Part shown: piece after piece, positions 1-10,200 of the stretch
Layout of the letters: the number at the start of each line of letters is the position of its first letter
Position numbering within the stretch: position 1 is the stretch's first letter
Origin: Squalus acanthias
Lineage: Eukaryota
Assembly: GCA_030390025.1 (NCBI GenBank)
Contig: CM059438.1
Location: 55,306,001 to 55,370,000, forward strand
Direction of reading: 5' to 3'
Length of the DNA stretch: 64,000 bases
Made by a program: the position numbers and the translations under genes
The notes under the pieces: generated by a model
Told to the model about the DNA's origin: nothing
Seen by the model: only the letters and a program-made list of their open reading frames with translations
Database searches by the model: none

Positions 1-2160
1 TTTCTCCTTTAGCAGGCATACCATTATTTTTCCTACCACCGATGTTAAGCTGACTGATCTATAGTTCCCCGGACATACTCTATCTCCCTTCTTAAATATA
101 GATATTACGTTAGCTATCCGCCAGTCCTCTGGTACTACACCCTTTTCTAATTATTAAATATGTGTAGTAATGCCTCTGCTATCTCTTCCCTAGATTCATT
201 TAAAATGCGCGGATGTAATCCATCCGGGCCAGGGATTTTATCCTGAGTTTGATTAGTTTATTTAATATATCTCCCCTTTTTTTTAAATGCCGTTATATCA
301 TTTCTAATCTCATCTTCCGATGTCATGTCCACCTGATCTGTGTCCCTGGTAAACACTAAAGCAAAGTAATTATTTAATATTTCTGCCATTTCGCTATCAC
401 TGCCTGTGATTTTATTCTGACTGTCCCTTGGCCCTATTCCCATCCTGACTTTGCTTTTTTTATTTATGTGCCTGAAGAATATTTTAATTTTTTTTATGTT
501 CCTTGATAATTTAATTTCATAGTTCCTTTTTGCCTTCCTAATATTTTTGAATTCTCAGAGTGTCTTCGTATTCTCCCCTGCTGTCCATGTACTTAGTGTA
601 CGCCTCTTTCCTTATCCTCAACTTTTCCCTTCTGTCTTTATTCATCCATGGTGTCCCATTAATGTTTAGATTGTCCTTGTTTTTTAGCAGAATATATTTT
701 TCCTGGAACACCATTTTAAATGTTTCCCATTGCTGTTCTACATCATTGTTTGTCAATATTGTCCATTTTATTTTTCCAAGTTCTATTCTCAGCCCCTCAA
801 AATCGGCTTAACTCCAATCAATTACCCTGGTCTTTGTCATGCATATGTCCTTCTCGATTATTAACTTAATCCGTATTATATTGTGGTCACTATTGTCTAG
901 ATGTTCCCCATCTTTTACATTTCTTATCTGCTCTGGTTCATTCCCCATTACTAGATCCAGTAGCGAATCCTCCCTTGTTGGGCTTCTTGCATATTGGGTT
1001 AGAAAGGAGTCCTGTACACATTGTAGAAACTCCATTACCTTATCTCCGTTACCTACCTCTTCTGGCCAATTAATTTCAGGGTAGTTGAAATCCCCCATGA
1101 TTGTTCTATTTTTTACTCATTTCCCTAATTTGTTTGCACATTATTTCTTCCTCCACCTCCCTTTCACTATTATGCAGTCTGTAGATGACCACTATTAGTG
1201 TCATAGAGTCGTAACGGCACAGTAGGAGGCCATTCAGCCCATTGAGTCCATGCCGGCTCTCTGTAGAGCAATCCAGTGAGTCCCATTCCCCCGCTCTATC
1301 CCCGTAGTCCTGCAAGTTTATTTCCCTCAAGTGTCTGTCCAGTCTTCCCTTGAAAACATTGAGTGTCTCCGCTTCCACCACTTCCATCGGCAGCGAATTC
1401 CAGATCATCACCACTCGCTGTGTAAAAAAGTTTTTCCTCACATCCCCCCTGTATCTCTTGCCCAAAACCTTAAATCTGTGTCCCCTAGTCCTTGTACCAT
1501 CAACTAGTGGGAACAGCCTTTCCCCGTCTAGCCTATCCAAACCCGTCATAATCTTGTACACCTCTATCAAATCACCCCTCAACCTCCTTTGCTCTAATGA
1601 AAACAAATCCAGCTTCTCCAACCTGTCCTTGTAGCTAAGATCCCCCATCCCCGGAACCATTCTGGTAAATCTCCTCTGCACCCTCAAGGGCCTTCACATC
1701 CTTCCAAAAGTGTGGTGACCAGAACTAGACGCAATACTCCAGTTGTGTATTTGATCATTCTTTTTATCTCTTATCTCTATCCACGTGGATTCTATTTGTC
1801 TTTTTTTCTACTACCATTGTTATCCCTAATAAGTACAGCTACTCCACCTCTCCTTTTTCCCTCGCTATCTTTTCGAAATATGTTTAATTCCCAGTCCTGA
1901 TTTTTCTGTAGCCATGTCTCAGTAATCCCTACTATATCTGGCTCTTCACAACGTATTATTGCCTCCAGTTCCCCTGTTTTATTACGGACATTGTGCATTG
2001 CTGTACAGACAGTTTAACTCCTTTTTAATACCAGTTCCTCACTTTACTTTTAACCAGCTTTATACACTGCTAACTCTATTTAGTCCCTGGCTATTTATGT
2101 CCTCCCTTGGTTTAGTTTTTCCTGTGTTATTTTCCTGTAGCATCACTAGAAACTATTTCC
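1..2160 (-). mobile_element. Degenerate CR1 LINE ORF2 (APE endonuclease half) interrupted by a younger CR1 3' fragment
   Basis: Minus-strand fragments PDIVGITETWL, GGGVA, MGDFNYP, LDLV, SDHN, ILNNYF with stops and frameshifts. Confidence 0.85.
1200..1748 (-). mobile_element. Nested 5'-truncated CR1 (ORF2 C-terminus + 3' UTR)
   Basis: RVQRRFTRM...[12 protein letters not shown]...FFTQRVV..WNSLP, with 3' tail at ~1200. Confidence 0.88.
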
Positions 2161-2169
2161 TCTGGTGGG

Positions 2170-2446
2170 GGTAGTCCTGAACAAGGGGTCATAATCTTAA
2201 AATTAGAGCTAGGCCATTCAGGGGTGATGTCAGGAAGCGCTTCTTCACACAAAGGCTAGTGGAAATCTGGAACTCTCTCCCCCAAAAAACTGCTGAGGCT
2301 AGGGGTCAATTCAAAATTTCAAAACTGAGATTGATAGATTTTTGTTAGGTAAGGGTAATAAGGGACATGGAGCAAAGGCAGGTAAATGGAGTTAAGATAC
2401 AGATCACAGATACTGATCGAATCGAATAGCCTCCACCAGTTCCTAA
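2170..2446 (+). mobile_element. Short CR1 3' fragment
   Basis: ttcttcacacaaagg...tggaactctctcccc...gattgatagattttt, similar to the other CR1 3' ends in the window. Confidence 0.7.
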
Positions 2447-2574
2447 CGTTTATCCACCAATGAGGCAACAGCGTAAAAACAATCAGACCTTTCCAAACGG
2501 TCCTCCACTCCATCCGGAAAAAGCAGCGAGTAATAAGTGAACGGAGGTGAGACTGGGCCGCAGAGTGAGCGCTG

Positions 2575-5500
2575 AGAGAGCACTGAGTCCCAGAGTGAGA
2601 GAGAGAGAGACAGCACTGAGCCCCAGAGTGAGAGAGAGAGAGACAGCACTGAGCCCCAGAGAGAGAGAGAGAGAGAGACAGCACTGAGCCCCAGAGTGAG
2701 AGAGAGAGAGAGAGAGACAGCACTGAGTCCCAGAGTGAGTGAGAGAGAGAGAGACAGCACTGAGCCCCAGAGTGAGAGAGAGACAGCACTGAGCCCCAGA
2801 GAGAGAGAGAGAGACAGCACTGAGCCCCAGAGAGAGAGAGAGAGACAGCACTGAGCCCCAGAGTGAGAGAGAGAGAGAGAGAGACAGCACTGAGCCCCAG
2901 AGTGAGAGAGAGAGAGACAGCACTGAGCCCCAGAGAGAGAGAGAGAGAGACAGCACTGAGCCCCAGAGTGAGAGAGAGAGACAGCACTGAGCCCCAGAGT
3001 GAGAGAGAGAGAGAGACAGCACTGAGCCCCAGAGAGAGAGAGAGAGAGACAGCACTGAGCCCCAGAGAGAGAGAGAGAGAGACAGCACTGAGCCCCAGAG
3101 TGAGTGAGAGAGAGACAGCACTGAGCCCCAGAGAGAGAGAGGGAGACAGCACTGAGCCCCAGAGTGAGAGAGAGAGAGACAGCACTGAGCCCCAGAGTGA
3201 GAGAGAGAGACAGCACTGAGCCCCAGAGTGAGTGAGAGAGACAGCACTGAGCCCCAGAGTGAGAGAGAGAGACAGCACTGAGCCCCAGAGAGAGAGAGAG
3301 AGAGAGAGAGACAGCACTGAGCCCCAGAGTGAGAGAGAGAGAGACACAGCACTGAGCCCCAGAGTGAGAGAGAGAGACAGCACTGAGCCCCAGAGAGAGA
3401 GAGAGACAGCACTGAGCCCCAGAGTGAGAGAGAGAGAGACAGCACTGAGCCCCAGAGTGAGTGAGAGAGAGAGAGACACCACTGAGCCCCAGAGAGAGAG
3501 AGAGAGAGAGCACTGAGCCCCGGAGAGAGAGAGAGAGAGACAGCACTGAGCCCCAGAGTGAGTGAGAGAGAGAGAGAGACAGCACTGAGCCCCAGAGTGA
3601 GAGAGAGAGAGACAGCACTGAGCCCCAGAGTGAGTGAGAGAGAGACAGCACTGAGCCCCAGAGAGAGAGAGAGAGAGAGACAGCACTGAGCCCCAGAGTG
3701 AGTGAGTGAGAGAGAGAGACAGCACTGAGCCCCAGAGTGAGAGACAGAGAGAGACAGCACTGAGCCCCAGAGTGAGTGAGAGAGAGAGAGAGACACCACT
3801 GAGCCCCAGAGAGAGAGAGAGAGAGAGAGCACTGAGCCCCAGAGAGAGAGAGAGAGCACTGAGCCCCAGAGTGAGTGAGAGAGAGAGAGACAGCACTGAG
3901 CCCCAGAGAGAGAGAGAGAGAGAGAGACAGCACTGAGCCCCAGAGTGAGTGAGAGAGAGAGAGACAGCACTGAGCCCCAGAGTGAGAGAGAGAGAGAGAG
4001 CACTGAGCCCCAGAGAGAGAGAGAGAGAGAGACAGCACTGAGCCCCAGAGTGAGAGAGAGAGACAGCACTGAGCCCCAGAGTGAGAGAGAGAGAGAGACA
4101 GCACTGAGCCCCAGAGAGAGAGAGAGAGACAGCACTGAGCCCCAGAGAGAGAGAGAGAGACAGCACTGAGCCCCAGAGAGAGAGAGAGACAGCACTGAGC
4201 CCAGAGTGAGAGAGAGAGAGAGACAGCACTGAGCCCCAGAGAGAGAGAGAGAGAGACACCACTGAGCCCCAGACTGAGAGAGAGAGAGACAGCACTGAGT
4301 CCCAGAGTGAGTGAGTGAGAGAGAGAGACAGCACTGAGTCCCAGAGTGAGTGAGAGAGAGAGAGACAGCACTGAGCCCCAGAGTGAGAGAGAGAGAGACA
4401 GCACTGAGTCCCAGAGTGAGTGAGAGAGAGAGAGACAGCACTGAGCCCCAGAGTGAGCCCCAGAGTGAGAGAGAGACAGCACTGAGCCCCAGAGAGTGAG
4501 AGAGACAGCACTGAGCCCCAGAGAGAGAGAGAGAGAGACAGCACTGAGCCCCAGAGAGAGAGAGAGAGAGAGAGACAGCACTGAGCCCCAGAGTGAGTGA
4601 GAGACACAGCACTGAGTCCCAGAGTGAGAGAGAGAGAGAGAGAGACAGCACTGAGCCCCAGAGTGAGTGAGAGACACAGCACTGAGTCCCAGAGTGAGTG
4701 AGAGAGAGAGAGAGAGACAGCACTGAGCCCCAGAGTGAGTGAGAGACACAGCACTGAGTCCCAGAGTGAGAGAGAGAGAGAGAGACAGCACTGAGCCCCA
4801 GAGTGAGTGAGAGACACAGCACTGAGTCCCAGAGTGAGAGAGAGAGAGAGAGACAGCACTGAGCCCCAGAGTGAGTGAGAGACACAGCACTGAGCCCCAG
4901 AGTGAGTGAGAGAGAGACAGCACTGAGCCCCAGAGAGAGAGAGAGAGACAGCACTGAGCCCCAGAGTGAGTGAGAGACACAGCACTGAGTCCCAGAGTGA
5001 GAGAGAGACAGCACTGAGCCCCAGAGAGAGAGAGAGAGAGAGAGAGACAGCACTGAGCCCCAGAGAGAGAGAGACAGCACTGAGCCCCAGAGTGAGTGAG
5101 AGAGACAGCACTGAGCCCCAGAGTGAGAGAGAGAGACAGCACTGAGCCCCAGAGTGAGAGAGAGAGACAGCACTGAGCCCCAGAGTGAGAGAGAGACAGC
5201 ACTGAGCCCCAGAGTGAGAGAGAGAGACAGCACTGAGCCCCAGAGTGAGAGAGAGAGACAGCACTGAGCCCCAGAGTGAGAGAGAGAGACAGCACTGAGC
5301 CCCAGAGTGAGAGAGAGAGAGAGAGACAGCACTGAGCCCCAGAGTGAGAGAGAGAGAGAGACAGCACTGAGCCCCAGAGTGAGAGAGAGAGACAGCACTG
5401 AGCCCCAGAGTGAGAGAGAGAGACAGCACTGAGCCCCAGAGAGAGAGAGAGACAGCACTGAGCCCCAGAGTGAGTGAGAGAGAGACAGCACTGAGCCCCA

Positions 5501-5996
5501 GAGTGAGAGAGTGAGAGAGAGAGACAGCACTGAGCCCCAGAGTGAGAGAGAGAGACAGCACTGAGCCCCAGAGTGAGAGAGAGAGAGACAGCACTGAGCC
5601 CCAGAGTGAGTGAGAGAGAGAGAGAGAGACAGCACTGAGCCCCAGAGTGAGAGAGAGAGAGAGAGAGAGAGACAGCACTGAGCCCCAGAGAGAGAGACAG
5701 CACTGAGCCCCAGAGAGAGAGAGAGACAGCACTGAGCCCCAGAGAGAGAGAGAGAGAGACAGCACTGAGCCCCAGAGTGAGAGAGAGAGAGAGAGACAGC
5801 ACTGAGCCCCAGAGTGAGAGTGAGAGAGAGAGACAGCACTGAGCCCCAGAGTGAGAGAGACAGCACTGAGCCCCAGAGTGAGAGAGAGAGAGACAGCACT
5901 GAGCCCCAGACTGAGAGAGAGACAGCACTGAGCCCCAGAGTGAGAGAGAGAGACAGCACTGAGCCCCAGAGAGAGAGAGAGAGACAGCACTGAGCC

Positions 5997-6032
<36 letters not shown>

Positions 6033-6622
6033 CACTGAGCCCCAGAGAGGGAGAGAGAGAGACAGCACTGAGCCCCAGAGAGAGAGAGAGAGAGACACCA
6101 CTGAGTCCCAGAGTGAGAGAGAGACAGCACTGAGCCCCAGAGAGAGAGAGAGAGAGACAGCACTGAGCCCCAGAGTGAGTGAGAGAGAGACAGCACTGAG
6201 CCCCAGAGTGAGAGAGAGAGAGACAGCACTGAGCCCCAGAGTGAGAGAGAGAGAGACAGCACTGAGCCCCAGAGTGAGAGAGAGAGAGACAGCACTGAGC
6301 CCCAGAGAGGGAGAGAGAGAGACAGCACTGAGCCCCAGAGAGAGAGAGAGAGAGACAGCACTGAGCCCCAGAGTGAGAGAGAGAGAGAGAGACAGCACTG
6401 AGCCCCAGAGAGAGAGGGAGAGAGAGAGACAGCACTGAGCCCCAGAGAGAGAGAGAGCGAGACAGCACTGAGCCCCAGAGTGAGAGAGAGAGAGAGAGAG
6501 ACAGCACTGAGCCCCAGAGTGAGTGAGAGAGAGACAGCACTGAGCCCCAGAGTGAGAGAGAGAGACAGCACTGAGCCCCAGAGTGAGAGAGAGAGAGCAC
6601 TGAGCCCCAGAGTGAGTGAGTG
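2575..6622 (+). repeat. Compound minisatellite: constant core CAGCACTGAGCCCCAGA(GTGA)0-3 + variable (GA)n, ~4 kb, >100 units
   Basis: Directly visible; source of the 1359-1447 aa spurious ORFs. Confidence 0.97.
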
Positions 6623-6908
6623 AGCCGTGAGCGACACAGCGTTCTCATCATTGCTCTCAGTGTAGGCAGTTTCACAGTTGGTTGGCTTCTGTTGGTGTAT
6701 GTGTGCACTCGCTTTGCTAATGTGCCTTTGGGGGAAGCTGTCTCACTGTTTCGGGGGGCTGCGGCCTGTGCTGAGCCAAGTGCCAATCACCACCCAAGGT
6801 GGCGTGTTTCTGGAAACAATGAAAGCCCTTGGCTTAGATCGGGTTGTTTCTGGTGTCCTTGGCTTTGCCAGTTTTCAAGTATGCATGTTGCCAGAACAAT
6901 GTTTTTAA

Positions 6909-7012
6909 TCTGGAGATACTCAGCAGGTTAGGCAGTGCTGCCTGACCTGAGTATCTCCAGCATTTTCTGTTTTTATTTCAGATTTCCAGCATCTGCAGTA
7001 TTTTTCTTTTTG
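6909..7012. mobile_element. Collapsed inverted-repeat remnant, probably from a Penelope pLTR
   Basis: ctggagatactcag(ca)ggttaggcag / ctgcctgacctgagtatctccag hairpin, followed by cattttctgtttttatttcagatttccagcatctgcagta; family assignment is from memory of shark repeats. Confidence 0.5.
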
Positions 7013-7059
7013 TATTAATGTTTTTAATCTGTTGCATTCCTCTGGTTACTGTCCTGTAG

Positions 7060-7238
7060 GCCGAGGGGTGACTTACTTGTTTCCAATCCAAGCACAGACG
7101 TTCAACTGCATCTACGACGGGAGTGACTGCGTGGCACAGGCTAGGACCGGCACCGGCAAAACCTTCTCCTTCGCCATCCCACTGGTGGAAAAGCTGCAGT
7201 CGGATGCTGCTGACCGGAGGAGGAATCGGCCTCCCAAG
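7060..7238 (+). CDS. DDX21: DDX21 exon ([10 protein letters not shown]...[19 protein letters not shown]...RPPK)
   Basis: ctgtag acceptor, AAG|gtaaac donor, 179 nt, Q motif and Walker A. Confidence 0.93.
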
Positions 7239-10200
7239 GTAAACCTCCAGCCGGACTGCTACAGCACCTTTTGAGAAAGAAAGGAGTTGTGTCTGCCTGT
7301 CGATGTCATGCCCAAAGAAAGGACTCTCTTGCTCATAACAAGTTGAGCACCAGGATGGCAACTGATTGGGTTCAGATGGTGAGGAGTTCGGAGAGGAACG
7401 CTCACCCTCCCACCCCTCTCCCCGAGGGTGCTGATTCTTGCCGCTCTTCAGTACCTCACCCAAACGGCCATTTCTCACAAGTACGCCTGGGCGAGGAGCT
7501 TCCTCGTGCTATTCCATCAAAGAGGCTGGCACAGTTCAATTTCCCCCCAGCATCCATTCTGTTAATACAACAAGGTTTTCTGTTCCTCACGTGAAGGCAA
7601 GTGAGATGCTTTAAAGGGCCTTGAGTCCCAGCAGGGTAACAAGGCCTTAAAGCTGGAACCAGGAAAAGGTCTGATATTCTTCTAGCACCCCCGCCTCCGA
7701 ATCCAGTCGGAGAAGGCACGCTGGGGAGAGCAGTGATGGAGTGAGAAACTGAAACTGGCTATCCAGGAAAGAGATCCTGAACACTGGTCGATTGTATTTT
7801 GGGGGAAGTGCACGATAATTTAAAGGATGGAAGCAGTTGAATAGTCTGTCACCACTCACTGGGCTGACTGGTGAAGATTAGTCACCTGGGGAGAGTACGA
7901 AAGGCTGGCAGGTGCCTGTGAAACTGGTCCCTGGTTGATTCACCATTCCACTCCACTTACAGCGGCACCTCCCAGATTGCAGGCAGAGTCTCAATGGATT
8001 TAGTCCATTCTGAGGATTTATTGGCCATCCTCCATAATTTCCCTGAACTGAGTGACTGGCTCGGCTACTTCAGAGGGCAGTTGAAAGGTAACCACGTTGG
8101 TGTGGGACTGGGATTGCATATAGGCCAGACCAGGTAGGGACGGCAGGCTTGCTTCCCTAAAGGACATTAGTGAATCAGTTGGGATTTTACCACAATCTGA
8201 CAGCTTCACCATCACTTTTACTGATCCCAGCTTTTCATTCCGGATATTTTTAAACTGAAATCATATTTTCAAACTGCCCTGGTGGGATTCAATTCTCCAG
8301 ATTATTAATCCAAGCCTCTTGATTACTCGTCCAGTAACAACCCCCTGTACAGATCTTGCATTACAGTTTCATCCATTTAGTCCTTTCTCTCCTCTACCAG
8401 GTCCTCGTGCTTACTCCGACAAGGGAACTGGCGAATCAAGTGGCGAGAGATATCAAGGATGTAACCAAAAAACTGGCCGTCTCTTGTTTTTATGGTGGGA
8501 CAGCATACAATGGACAGAGTGAGTGCTCACTATTCCAAGTACTGACAGTGATTTGCTCCCACTATCTAACGATTGGTGGGGTGGATGTTTCTTTCCTCTG
8601 AGCTGTGCTGGGGTTGGAGATACAAAAGGGCTGCCGGCATCTCTTCTGCAAAGCCAGCCAGTGAAGGAACGGAGATCAGGGGTAACACAACTCTTGGAGC
8701 AGTGGGCCAGATTCGTGCGTGTTGGACGTGGATAATTAAACCACTTTTGAGTTGGGAAGAGTTCCACCAGTTTCTGGAGGTTGGATAAGTCGAATTATGA
8801 TTTTATAGTTAGCTGGGGGATTTTTCCTGGTGTGTGGGGGTTTGCATTCCACAATTCCTTCCACTTCTAATTGGAACCAATTGTTTGTGGTGAACCGAGG
8901 CCAAATGGTGATTATTCCATGGACCATGGTATGGGGAACTTGTGTCACTGTCTAAAAACTACAGATCACTGGCCTTCCAACCAGCCCCATCTCCCAAGGT
9001 AGTTTGTGCTTTTTGGAGTCATTTGACTGTGTACCCCATTTCCACTTCATTTCTGTACCTGGGGCAGGTACAGCACGGGTTAGATACAGAGTAAAGTTCC
9101 CTCTACACTGTCCCATCAAACACTCCCAGGGCAGGTACAGCACGGGTTAGATACAGAGTAAAACTCCCCCTACACTGTCCCATCAAACACTCCCAGGGCA
9201 GGTACAGCACGGGTTAGATACAGAGTAAAGCTCCCCCTACACTGTCCCATCAAACACTCCCACTCCCAGGACAGGCACAGCACGGTTTAGATACAGAGTA
9301 AAGCTTCCTCCACACTGTCCAAACAATGTGTCACAACCCAAGCTCGTGCAAGGTGTGTCCCGTTCCCCCTCTTTCTCTCTTTCCCCCCCCCCCCCCCCCC
9401 CCCAATTCCAGCAGTGACATTGTTTCCTTATGTCCAGCAGACAGAGAATTCCATCTCATCAGCCGGGGCTGGAATTCAGCCCAATCCCAGCGGTGAACGG
9501 CCATTTTCCAGTGTGCCGACTAGTTCTACTGTGTAGTCCTTTTAAAGTAATTAATTGTAGACCGCTGAACTGTGAAATGATGGGTATTGTTTTGTTACTA
9601 ACCTGACCATGTGATAAATGTTCCTGGTCCAGTTGTGGATGGGATGTACAGAGAGAGTGTTATGGTTGAATTATCTTTTAGTGGACAGCATTCGCATGGG
9701 CATTGACATTCTGGTGGGGACACCTGGCCGGATCAGGGACCATCTGCAGAACATGAAGATCGACCTGTCTAAACTGAAGCATGTGGTCTTGGATGAAGTG
9801 GACCAGATGCTGGACATGGGCTTTGCGGAGCAGGTGGAGGATATTCTGAGAGCTGCATACAAAAAAGGTGCGTCACTGCACTTCCCCACGAGCCTCTTTC
9901 TTTTTGCTCCTTGCTCTGTTTTTAGCTTCTGTTCTTTGCCGGTTACTGTTTTGTTGTATTTGAAACAGCCTGAGCCTGTACCACAGCACATTGTTGGGGC
10001 AGCGATGGCTTTATGCTGCCAACCTCCCCGGGGCACTGTAAAACAACTTGCATTTATGTAGCGCCTTTAATAGTATTAAACTGTCCCAAGGCGCTTCACG
10101 GGAGTGATTTATCAGACAGAATTTGACACTGAGCCATATAGAGAGAGTTCGGACAGGTAACCAAAAGCTTTGTCAAGAGGTACATTTTAAGGAACAACTT

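Noticed and set aside
2575..6622. CRISPR-like pattern (constant repeat with variable spacers)
   Set aside because: The spacers are only (GA)n length variants, not unique sequences; eukaryotic context and no cas genes. The same applies to the other arrays.
2319..6786. Three 1359-1447 aa minus-strand ORFs
   Set aside because: All three frames are open because the (TC)n repeat lacks stop codons; low-complexity SL/LS translation with no domain.
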